Shown here: in pieces, positions 36,905 to 48,533 of the stretch | How positions within the stretch are numbered: position 1 is the stretch's first letter | Layout of the letters: each line of letters starts with the position of its first letter | Assembly (NCBI GenBank): GCA_038087875.1 | Contig: JAXLNO010000438.1 | Coordinates: forward strand, 124,001 to 188,000 | DNA: 64,000 nucleotides | Origin: Malacoraja senta | Taxonomy: Eukaryota | Direction of reading: 5' to 3' | Notes under the pieces: model-generated | What the model saw: only the letters and a program-made list of their open reading frames with translations | The model's database searches: none | What the model was told of the DNA's origin: nothing | Program-made: the position numbers and the translations under genes

Positions 36905-39650
36905 AAAAAGACACAAAGTACTGGAGTAACTCTAGTGGGTCAGGCCGCATCTCTGGAGAACATGGATAGGTGATTCTTCAGGTCAGCTTCCTTCTTCAGA
37001 TTGATTATGTTGGAGTGGGGTGGGGGGAGAGAAAGCTGGAAGCGAGGAGGAGCAGGACAAAGACTGACAAATGATAGATCGATACAGGTGAGGCTGATTT
37101 TATAGGCAGATGTTTGGATAAACGCCAGAGATGAAAAGGCAAAAAGGCGTGAGATAAGGATAGAAGTACGGATTGTGAACCCAGAAGGTGGAATGTAGGT
37201 GAAAGGGAAAGGGGAGGGGAGAAACAGATGCATATCCAGGTAGGGCATATGAAAGGGTGTGGGGAAAGGGTGGGGAGGGAGGTGGAGGCGGTTTGTAGGT
37301 TAGTTACCTAAAATTGGAGAATTAAATGTTTATACCATTTGGTAGTAAGCTACCAAAGCGGAATTTGAGGTGTTGTTCCTTCAGTTTGACTGTGGCCTCA
37401 CCCAGACAATGGAGGAGTCCAGAACGAAAAGGTTTGTATCGGAATGGGAAGAGGATGTTGCTAAAATGATTAGCAACCAGGTAATCCACCAGGCCTTGGC
37501 AGACTGAGCGCAAGTATTCAGCGTAACGATTGTCAAGTCCACGCTTGATCTTGTTATTCTACAAAGTGGGTACATTGGGAATATCAGGCATAGACATTGG
37601 GAATATCAGATGTAGTAGCAGATGTGAGAGGAGGTGTACGTATACCTCTGTCTCACCTGGAAGGACTGATGAGGCCTCCGGATAGATGCAAGGGAGGAGG
37701 TAAAGTAAAGTAAAGTACATTTATTTATATAGCACTTTTCAATCGATTTCAATCAAAAGCCAAAGTGCTTTACAGAGAAAACTATCCATACAAATAATAA
37801 AAAGATGTAGAAAAAAATGACACAACACACTATAAGAAATTCAACACGAACATCCCCCCACAGTAGAATCTACACTCTCCACTGTGAGGGAAGGCACTAA
37901 AATGTCCAGTCCTCCTCCTCCTCCTCCTCCTCCTCCTAGTCCACCCGAGGTCGGGGCCAGTTTGAGGCCACTGCAGCCAGTCGCCGCAACGGCAGCCCGA
38001 TGATTATAGGCCCACCCGCATCGGGTGGAAAAGTCCTCAGCAGCTTGGAAATGTCTGGAACGGCCACTCCTTCCCCGGAGACTGCAACGCCCGTGGACTT
38101 CAGGCCGCGCCGGTTGGAGCTTCGACTCCGCGGTGCTTCCGATCCAGCACCGCACGCCCGCAGCGGGGTGCCCTCAAACCGCAGACCACAGACCGCAGAC
38201 CGCAGACCGCGGCTGCTCGATGTTGGTGGTCGGCGGTCACAGCACTCTGGAGCAGCGACCCGGCAAGGCATCGCCTGCTCCTTGTTGGTGTCCCAGCGCT
38301 GTGCCGCTGAAGCTGTGGTCCCCGGCAGGAACGCCGCTCCAGACCGATGGAAGGCCGCATGGGGAGATCGGAGATGCGATTTGGAGGAAAACCGCATCTC
38401 CGACCAGGTAGGACTGGGGTTAAAACAGTTCCCCCACCCCCCACCCACCACATAGAAAGAATAGACTCCAAAAAAAATGTTTCAGACAATAAAAGAGTTA
38501 GAGGACGGAATACAGGCAGGCGGCCATACAAACGGCGCCCACTCCTGCACATCCGCCATCTTTAAGGTATAGGGATAGGTGATATATATCCTATGTTAGC
38601 TGGGGAAAGTATCTGGGGTGGTTTGGATGGGAAGGGATGAGCAAACCAAAGTGTCGTGGAGGGAGGGGTCTCTGCAGAAGGGTTGGGGTGGGAAGATGTG
38701 ATTGATGGAGGTATCACGTTGAAGGTGGTGTAAATGTCAGAGAATGTGTTGGATGTGGAGACTGGTGGAGTGAAGGGCAAGGACCAGAGGAACTATATCC
38801 TTGTTCTGTCTGGGGGCAGGGCAGGGGAAAGGGAGCAAAAGCAGAACAAGAGGACACATGGTTGTGGGATCCATCTATGATAGCAGGGAGGAAACCTTGT
38901 TGATTAAAGAAAGAGGGCATCTCAGATGTCAGAATGGAAAGCCTCATCCCGGGAGCTGCTGGTAGATGTTGAGAGGGCAGAGGTGTAGTCCAGATAACTG
39001 TGGGAGTCAGTGGGTGTGTAGTAGATGTCAGTAGACAGTCTGTAACCTGTGATGAAAACAGATAGATCAAGAAAGGGGAAAGAGGTGTCAGAGATAGTGC
39101 AAGTGAATTTGGGGGCAGGCTGGATATTAGTGGTAAAGTTAATGAAATCAACAAGTTCTGTCAGGGTATCAGAAGCAGCTCTGATGCAATCATCAATATA
39201 GCAGAGGAGTTGGGGGATTGTGCCAGTGTATGTTTGGAACAAGGACCGTTCGATGTAACCAACAAAAAAGCAGACGTAGCTGGGGCCCATGCAAGTGCCT
39301 ATGGCTACATTTTTAATTTGGAGATAGTGCGAAAAATCTAAAAAGTTGTTGTTGAGGGCGAAGACATGTTCTGCCAGGCAAAGATGAGCGTTAGTAGAAA
39401 GAAAGCAACCAGGTCTCTGTTCAAGAAATAACCACATGGCCTTGACACCTTCCAGGTGGGAGATGGAGGTGGAACAGGATTGAGCATATGTGATAAAAAA
39501 TGAAGTAATGGGGCCTTGGAAATTGATAGTTATTGAATAGTTGAACGGCGTGTGAAGCATCTCAGATATTGGTGAGAAGAGTGGTGGGGGGGGGGGCACA
39601 GGATGGAATGAAGGTACTTGGAGATAGAGTTCTGTGGGGTAGGAGCTGAT
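36905..39650 (-). mobile_element. Penelope-like element (RT + GIY-YIG), degenerate, split by an insertion at 37701-38562
   Basis: RT motifs YLQIKNVAIGTCMGPSY, YIDD, FLDLSV, DIYYTPTDSHSYLDYTS at 38922-39599; EN tail KLKEQHLKFRFGSLLPNGINI at 37322-37513; PLE terminal repeat at 36905-37000. Confidence 0.85.
37701..38562 (-). mobile_element. GC-rich non-autonomous retroposon with an L2-type 3' tail
   Basis: 5' end aagatggcg; 3' end tgtaaagcactttg...gaaaagtgctatataaataaa followed by (acttt)n; probable TSD aggtaaag/aggtatag (37698-37705, 38565-38572). Confidence 0.75.
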
Positions 39651-42095
39651 ACAGTTATTTGTTACTGTTTATTCCCTTCACTAAGAATACTTGAGCTATG
39701 AACTTTCACCAAGAATACATGACCTGTGAATGTTCGCTAAATGCGGGGAAGTGTTCATTTACATCTTCAATTCAATTTTGTTTTGAAAAAAAAACTTCTT
39801 GGGAACATTAAAATCTTACAAAACAAATCCAAATTCAAAAAAGTTTAGAGAGCCATATTAACTGCAAATACAGTAATAACGGTATTCTGCTCAAATGTAC
39901 AGCTCTCCAACAAAAATCTTGGTGCAGTTTCCAAAGCTCACTGCTCCTTATCCAACAGACCAAACAAACGGAAGACCACAAGAGTTCTGGCGGCTCCAGA
40001 GACAGTTCCAAAGTTAATGTCAAGTGTGGTTACGACATTGAAGAAACTCAAACATAATAATCACCTAAATATATATACGCTTAGGTCAACATCGCTTCAG
40101 ACTGAGGAGCCTATGAATTCTACGCAAAGCCTTGTCAGATGTCCAAATATATAAACAATTGCAGCTGCGAATATTTAGGCACTCAAACAGATGAGTTACG
40201 CAATTATCTGTAATATCTGATTCGCATCCTACATCCTTTCGTGTGGCCCAAAACTTGCAAATGATTATGAAGTTCAAGAGCTTCACACTGGAGGTTCCGT
40301 CAGACACTTCATAGAAACCACGCATCCTGTCGCCATGATAAAATGTGAACAACCCAAGCTCAAGTTGCAAATGTGTTATGTCATAGGGCCAAGACCACAC
40401 AAGGTAATTTTCCATTCAAAGAAAATCTTGAAGGATTTCCTCTTCCGGAGCCACAGAACACATTTTTTTATTTCCTCAGCTTGTCCTGTACTACTCAGCA
40501 TTACTCAGTCACCTTCCCCTAGAGAAGGCAGACAGGTCATCCAATGAGCTGATCACTTAACTGCTTTCATGCAAGAAAACATTTAAATTCCTGTAATTCA
40601 CCTGAAATTGTCTTTAAAATTTGAAATGTGCATAACTTATTTAATTATAAAATTTAAATAGAGGTTTTACTTCACAATAGGGGTCAAGGAAAGAGCATTC
40701 ACGTCTCGGCCCCGTTTTCACCAATCTTTCCACCATCACGCACAAGAAGAGCAAGTCAGACACCATTGCACGCAGATGCCGAGAACTGTGTTCAGCTCTG
40801 GCTGAACAACTAATCTTGTGTGTGGACTCGATAAAAAGACTTCACGATAGCCCCAAAATATCTGGTCATTTTTCTGAAGATAGACTGATAAATTGAGTTT
40901 GGAGAAGGGTCTCAACCTGAAACATCACCCATTTGTTCTCTCCAGATATGCTGCCTGTCCCACTGAATTACTCCAGCATTTTGTGTCTATCTTTGGTGTA
41001 AACCAGCATTTGCAGTTCCTTCCTTCACATTTCTGAAGATAAAATTGTCACTGCAGAGCTGATGGAATTTTAAAATCATCACAGCACTCTAGGGTTGCTA
41101 TTTCTACCCAAAATAACAGAATAGATTTATTCCATGATAAAGACACTAATATTCATGCAAATAGACCCAATGCTGTAGCTGGGCTATTTCTATAAAGACT
41201 GCACACTCTAGTGACCAACTTATCAAAGCTTCTTTTGACAACTCCCCACAGAATGAGCATTTTTTTCATCCTGCTTTGAATACTCTCTACCAATTCTTTC
41301 CCTAACCGCCCCCCTACTTTGTCACACCCCTTCCATGACAGTTTTAGAGAATGAAGTTGTAGATTTGGTATACAGTCACTCTGAATGGAGCACCAGGCTT
41401 TAATGTTGGTAACAGACGGCTTTTTGACAATAGTATTCAAATTTGCCTAAATCTGGCAGCTAGGGAGAACATGCAGATTAATCTTTCGAATGTTAACAGG
41501 AACGCACCCTTTCAATTGTTCATGTAATGCTAAATGAGAAATAGGTTACTCTCCTTTACCTTTGCTAAGATATTGGAGTTCTCCACTGTTTACAAAATAC
41601 TCTGATGATCCACTCTCCAGTTATTCAGAAATCCAGCATTCTGCATCTGGCTCACCAGGTAATGTTTGCCTTTGCACTCACCAGAGCACTGGTACCCGAA
41701 CTCCCTTCCCGCTCACCTCAACCCAGGTTCCCAGCTACCCTTCTCAGCACCAGGTTTCTTATTCTCAGGCTCCCTTCTGCACAGGGGCCCTCATTCCCAG
41801 GCATGCTGCCCACTTACCCAGTTCCTGAGCTCCCTCCCTTCCCACTTATAGAAGCACCAGTTCCTGAGCTCATCTTCCACCCATTGTTCTGCCTTATAAC
41901 TAATCTGATTAATTTAAAAATTGTTATAATACTGCACAACATCTTTTTTTTAAAAGCAAATTAAAAATTGGATTGGTTCAATAAAAGAAACAACATCCAA
42001 AAGGCTGGAAAGTCTGCCAATTTGGTATCCTCAAAGTTCAGTTTGCCTGATTATCAGAATTTGACAATAACTGTATCTTAACGCTATAGACCTCA

Positions 42096-42394
42096 CTTTA
42101 GACTTTAGAAATACAGCGCAGAAACAGGCCCTTTGGCCCACCGGGTCTGCGCGGATCAGCAATCACCCCATATTCTAAACTACACACACTAGGGACAATT
42201 TTACAACTTACCGATGCCAATTAACCTATAAACCTGTACACCTTTGGAGTGTGAGAGTAAACTGGAGCACCCGGAGAAAATGCATTCACAGGGAGAAGTA
42301 AAAACTCCGTACGTACAGCACCCGTAGTCAGGATCGAACCTGGGTCTCTGACGATGTAAGGCAGTGACTATACCGTTGCGCCACTGTGCCGCCC
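42096..42394 (-). mobile_element. tRNA-derived V-SINE (HE1-like), full length
   Basis: Minus strand A box tggcgcaacgg and B box ggttcgatcc; V-domain ccgggtgctccagttt; CR1-like tail gggcctgtttctgcgctgtatttc(taaagtc)n. Confidence 0.85.
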
Positions 42395-43896
42395 TAAACT
42401 CCTTTTAGCTAAAGACATATAATCAAGGTTTTGATTGTTCTAACTAAACAACTAAAAGGTATAGTAAACTGTCCCACCGTGGAAGAATTTCTATTGTTCA
42501 TGAAAAGATTACTTTTTTTTTTAAGCTCAAATTCCTTTACTTACAGTATTAGGATTTGCATTACACCAGTTTTTACACCAGTATTAGGATTTTACACCAG
42601 TTTTTACATTAAATATAAACAAGCAAACTTCTCTGAAAGTTAGCACTGAAACCAATGCAAATTGTGTCATTTCTAAGTAGTTGCTTTCCAGGAACATTTG
42701 GGACAACACCTTTTCTAAAAACAAATAAAACAACAAGCATTTGCACCAGAGTTGCTACTTTTGCAGATTTACCACAGTGGGCTCAAGGGATCCATCAAAC
42801 ACCGATTCACAACTCATAAAACATCAGTGATATATTTCCGACACCACCAAGTTGTTCCTTTCCCAGCCGCGTCCTACTTTTGAAGTTTTATTTCCAGTCC
42901 TGTTATGACCTGTTTGGCTCTGGTTCTATGCTTCTTTTGAACTCCGTCATTCTCTGTAAATCCCAGGCACACAGAATGTTCCACGAGCCAACAGTATCTG
43001 ACTCCATGGCCTTTGCCAAAACTTTGCAACAAAAGTGCAGGGAATCTCTATTAAATTGCCATAATTAATATAAATTCACATTTGATAAGCAATATATCTC
43101 CATAAATGGAAATCTGGGTGAAGATTCTTGGGTGGAAGCGTGAGAACCTCGTGCTTTTACCAAATGTCTGCCAGCTCAAGATGCTGGGATGCTCAACTCT
43201 AGTACTCTTGCTATCTTGCATCAGCAAATTAACACAGAGTTAAACACAAGTTCCAATATTTACTTACAGTTGGAAAAAAGGCACTGAAAGAAACATGACA
43301 ACAAATGAAAATGTACACGATATAATGACAGATCAATAATAAATTACTTGTTTTTCAACACAGCACACTTCCCATGAAACACTGGCACACAAGATTACTT
43401 GCCTAAGAAGTATCAAAGTATAATTACAAGCATCTTTATTTTAACTTTAATAAATTTATTATCACAGATGATAAATTAGAAAGTAATTAAGTGACTGAAA
43501 CTTGAGGTATCTAGTTACATCAGAAGCCTTTGCTGAATTGACAATTCTCAGCAGAGGTTTCCATTAAAGTACTGTGATGGGCTTCTGCAAGCCCATCTCT
43601 TGGGCTTGAATATAAAAATTAACCATGACACTCCCCATAACAGACATATAATGCACCTCGGGAAATTCTGTTGCATTAATGATTCTATATTAATTTATTT
43701 TTGTTGGCAAATATTTGTGAATAATTCCTTTGGAAACAACACTGAATGAGAGTACAATTGAGCTGGGCTAAGACGAGTTCTGAGGTCAAGTAACTTTCTG
43801 ACATCCCTGTCACAGGACATTAATGAAGCATGGACCCGTGGACAAAATAGTCGAGTGCACTTAGCACTTGTAGAGTCAAACAAGCAACACACTCCT

Positions 43897-44587
43897 CAGA
43901 TAGACACAAAAAGCTGTTGACCAGCTTTAGATCAATGCAGAATGCTGGCATATGGTTGTTGCTGAAATAAACATTAGTGTCACCAGGGTAAATCTGAACG
44001 TTATTCACAAAATGCTGGAGTAGCTCAGCAGGACAGGCAGCATCTCTGGAGAGACGGAATGGGTCATGTTTCTGGTCGAGACCCTTCAGACGAAGGGTCT
44101 CGACCCGAAACATCACCCATTCTTTCTCTCCAGAAATGCTGCCTGTCCCGCTGAGTTACTCCAGCTTTTTGTGTCAATCTTCGGATTAAACCAGTATTTG
44201 CAGTTCCTTCTTACACACACTCCTTTGAATCAGTAGCAGGATTTCAATGATTTTCACATGCATGATAAGGGCCGTGTGTAGTTTTGTCACTAGAATTATG
44301 CATGGACGTTTTAGATCAATGCAGAATGCTGGCATATGGTTGTTGCTGAAATAAACATTAGTATCACCAGGGTAAATCTGAAATTTATTCACAAAATGCT
44401 GGAGTAGCTCAGCGGGACAGGCAGCATCTCTGGAGAGAAGGAATGGGTGTGGTTTTGGGTCGAGACCCTTCTTCAGTCTGAAGAGATGAGACTTCTTCAG
44501 TCTCCAGAGATGCTGCCTGTCCCGCTGAGTTACCCCAGCATTTTGTGCCTATCTTCGATGTAAACCAGCATCTGCAGTTCTTTCCTA
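43897..44587. mobile_element. Cluster of head-to-head Penelope termini with a local 162-bp duplication
   Basis: 43926-44087 is nearly identical to 44310-44471; PLE terminal repeats in both orientations; 10-bp duplication acacactcct at 43887-43896 and 44215-44224. Confidence 0.75.
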
Positions 44588-45299
44588 TAAATCTGGAATT
44601 TGTTCAGAAGAAGAACAGGCATAAAAATAAAAGGGGGGGGGGGGGGGATGGGGAGAAAGAACAACACTCTTTTTTTTATAAAATCTGATTTATCAGGGAC
44701 TCACTTGATGTTACTCTCTCTGGAAAGAAGATTGGAATATTTTACTGCAATAACATTTCTGCCAACAAACGAAGATTGACTCAGTTGATGGAAACAAATT
44801 GTGCCCCCCAAACTCCCTAATCTCCAGCTGAATCAATATTAAGGGTGGTCATTAATACAAATACGTAACTGCTTTGATTATACCACAATTGGAAAGCTAT
44901 CATTTCTGCAGATATACTCAAGCTAGATTGTTGCATTACTTTTGATTACAATTAAAATACATTTTCTAGAACAAGAGCTTAATTACCATAATATAATATT
45001 TCACTGGTAAAATATTTACAAGCTTTACTCTCTCTAAATCACTTTCATGGCTCTCAAGGAAACGCTTACCTCAAACAGCACTGGGACCAATATAAGCCTC
45101 AGCCAGCTATGGTTGCAGGATCACTAACTATAATGATGAGTTCGCTCCAAAGCAAAACCACCAATTGGAAACATATGTAATATATTTATTTCAGAGATCA
45201 TCAAGAAGAGGACAAAGAAAAAAACGGTATTATTTTGCTTTTTTCAATACGTCAGGATAACTAAATTGTTTGTACTCAACTAAGTACTTTTTGAGACAT

Positions 45300-45430
45300 A
45301 ATCATTTGCTGTGCAAGGACTGTGGCAGTCAATTTGTGCATACAAAGCCTTTACAAATAGAAGCTGAATGAGGAGATAATCTGTTTTTAATGATGTATGG
45401 TTATTGACCAGGGCATACGAAAGATGCTCT
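45300..45430 (-). mobile_element. Possible ancient Deu-domain SINE remnant
   Basis: ggcagtcaatttgtgcatacaaagcctttacaaatag resembles the reverse complement of the Deu core (gctgtttgtgggatcttgctgtgcgcaaattggctgcc), from memory only. Confidence 0.35.
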
Positions 45431-48400
45431 CATGCATTTGACTTTACAAATAAAGTTATTTTTTGTTTTGAACAGCCATGGTATCAGACAACTGTTCTAT
45501 CATTCACAAGGCCAGACATTTGGCATGCTTGCAATTGAGCTCTCACTAAAAGAGCATCAGGGGAACAAGGACAATGTGCCCATCCTAATGGGTCCAATTC
45601 ATACAGTATTTTCACCAAAAAACAGAACTGATAGTTAATAACGTACATGATACCTAAAATAGGAAGGGAATGTCTGAGGGAGATGAGAAATTAATTAAAA
45701 TTAATAAGAAAAATATTCAGTACACATCATGGTCAACTCTTTGCAGGCCCATTTTACAGAGAACCTCCAGGGCATTGTAGCCAATGATGCTCATCGAATT
45801 TCAACACCAAAGCATTGAAGCCATTTCACTTCTTAGCAATGCATAATCAATACAATTTGAGAGAAATATTTTCATTTCTTAGCTGACGGCTTCCCAAGCA
45901 AGTGGCTTCCCAAGCAAGTGATCCAAGAATGTCACAGATATCTTTATACAATGAGGTGTGGAAAAGAATCTGCATGGTATTATCCAAGCAAGATCTCATC
46001 GGCAGTCGCATCTCAAAACTATGCCACGTGGATACAAGATGTCAGTGCTGCCTGCGTTAACAATTTTCATCTGGATTAAACCATATTACATAAATGTTAT
46101 TCAAAATCAATAGCTCAGTACATTAATTTTTTCTCTAACTTTCATCTGGATTCAAGTTACCGCTTCCATCTGAGGAAAAAATTGGGTGGTGGTTGCTGAC
46201 ACAGCTGAGGGTTCGAAGGTTCACCCCAATGGCAGTACATTGCAATGATTAAACACTTGGTGCAGCCCTGGCTCCTGCTTGTGGTGTGCGACAGTAGGGC
46301 TGCAACACATTATCTATAAGGACAGTAATAGAAACTCACGTCGATGAGTAGAAGCAAACTGAATACAGATTGTGAGGTTTAATACGTACACTGAGAAACC
46401 TGGTTCAGCAATCTACTGCTCCAATCTTTAAACCACTCTGTGTATGTAACAGGCTTCCAAGTGATGACATAGTCTGGGAAAGTTTCCATGGGCAGAATTG
46501 GCTACTCAATGTGGGCTTTTTAGATTAATACAGCATGCTGGAGCGCAGCTGGAGCAGCTCTTGTGTTACTGGGATAAATTGGGAAATTTGCCTCGAGCAC
46601 CAGCCTTTTTTATGGTTCTACTCTGATCATAAGTTTTGCTGACAGCAAAAAAAAAGCATGCGATACGTCAGCTGATATAGTTAGGAAGGTGGATGATGTA
46701 GATCCCAGGATGGAGTTCATCAGGCACCTAATTTTGAATTCATCATTCAAGGACAACACCGAGTTCTCCAACAACATCTCCTTAAATTCCCATCCCCCAG
46801 CCGCCTCACATACTAACTGAGAAAAGCACAGAGAGATCCTAGTCTCAATTCCTGACACCATTGACAAAATGTGTGATGTACACCTCCTCCCTTCTACCAC
46901 TTGCGAGTACACAGCCTCTTATTCATCCTAAATCTGGCATTTACCTGGCAACATCTCTCCCCTTGCCTCATCATTTTCTCCAACTTTGAGCCTAATGATC
47001 ACGTCATTCTTAGTTTTGTTTGCTTAAGTAATCGCAGTCCTCGGTTTCAAACGATATTGCATTGCAGTTATTGCCACTACGACGTGTGATCATCAATTGA
47101 AATTATATTTCCCCCAATTCCTTCTAAATTAACTTCAACTTCACAAATTTCAAAAAGCCTAAACTCCATTGTCTTCAATGTCCTCCACAAAAGGTTCCCT
47201 CAGCTATGCTTGCCAGAATGAACTCCAAAGCCTCACCACGCCCTAGGTGTCAAACTTCCGCTTGCTTTACACCCATCTCAGTGTCCTCCGGTTTCTCAAA
47301 CTCTGCAGTTCTTTTGCTCCCCACACACACCAGAGTCGCCTTCAGCCATTTTTGTGCTGCTATTGGGAACTTCCTCCACATCCATCAAAGCCTTTTCTAA
47401 ATATTTCACTGCAATCAAACTATTGGCCAGCTCTCCTCACATTCCCGCAAAGACTTGGCACACGTTCGTTTTCTTTTCTGAAGCATCTTGAGGCACTTTT
47501 CTATGCAAAAGCCATGACATAAAAGTAGTCTGTTGTGTAGTGGCTACAATTGATCTCAATGACTGTACTTTGGTTTCCTTGTAGGCACTACATATGCTCT
47601 TCATTTGAAGATATCGCAAGAGTCAAGAAACGTGACCACTTTAAAACAAAAGACAGCTCCCAACTTAATGCATGTACTGGTTTAAAGATTTAGACCACCT
47701 AGAAGTATTTCTTCATGACCATACGTGGGTTTAGATTGTTCAAATCTTACACCACCAATTGGAAAGAAAAAAAAATGAAGTAAGTATGCAAAAATTCAAG
47801 AAAAAGCACTAGGTGCTATTTTAAGACACCTGATGGGATACACTTTCATTGAAATTGGCCTGCAACTGAATGACACATAAATAACCAGATGTGGACACCA
47901 CAAACAATAAAATCTTTGCAATATAGCAACACCCAATTCCATTTTATAGCAAGATGTCAAAATAATTTAACGATCAATACCTATGAAGCATTGAAACAAG
48001 ACCTAATGATAAGAACATAAAATCAAAGCATAAAATCAGACTCGGATTAGTTAATTGTCATGTATACCAGGGTACAATGAAATGTCTTGTCCAAAATGAA
48101 GTTCACAGGGTAAACAGAATGTATCAATGATAATAAATATGCATGAAATACAATGAGTGCAAAATTGCAGAATGGTGAAAGCTGGTAATGTAATTTAAAG
48201 TCCTCCGAAAAATGAAATATGACAGTATAAAAAAAAGGAACAAAAGGAAGCAAATGAGCAGTGAACCAAATATGGCAGAACAGGAGACAGCAATCAACTG
48301 CAATACTGTTGCATGGCAACACAATGTTTTGGTTTGAATTACTGCCATATTTTGTGATCCATAACATGTGCCTAAAATGATTTAATACAATTAAATTCTA

Positions 48401-48470
48401 TAAGTTTGGGGCACCTGTGTAATCTTCCAGTCATTTTATGGCATGCAATTTGATTCGTTTTGAATACATT

Positions 48471-48533
48471 CAAGTTATATGACAAATCCATATTGCTTTG
48501 GCAAGTTATATGTCAAATCCATATTGCTTTGGC
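48471..48533. repeat. 31-bp tandem duplication
   Basis: caagttatatg(a/t)caaatccatattgctttgg twice in tandem. Confidence 0.85.

Noticed and set aside
37841..38565. Multiple 100-170 aa ORFs on both strands
   Set aside because: All fall within the GC-rich non-autonomous retroposon; no protein motifs.
39835..40547. ORF cluster including a 109-aa minus-strand ORF
   Set aside because: No recognisable homology or convincing splice boundaries.
42330..42394. tRNA gene
   Set aside because: A/B boxes belong to a SINE head followed by V-domain and LINE tail; no full cloverleaf.
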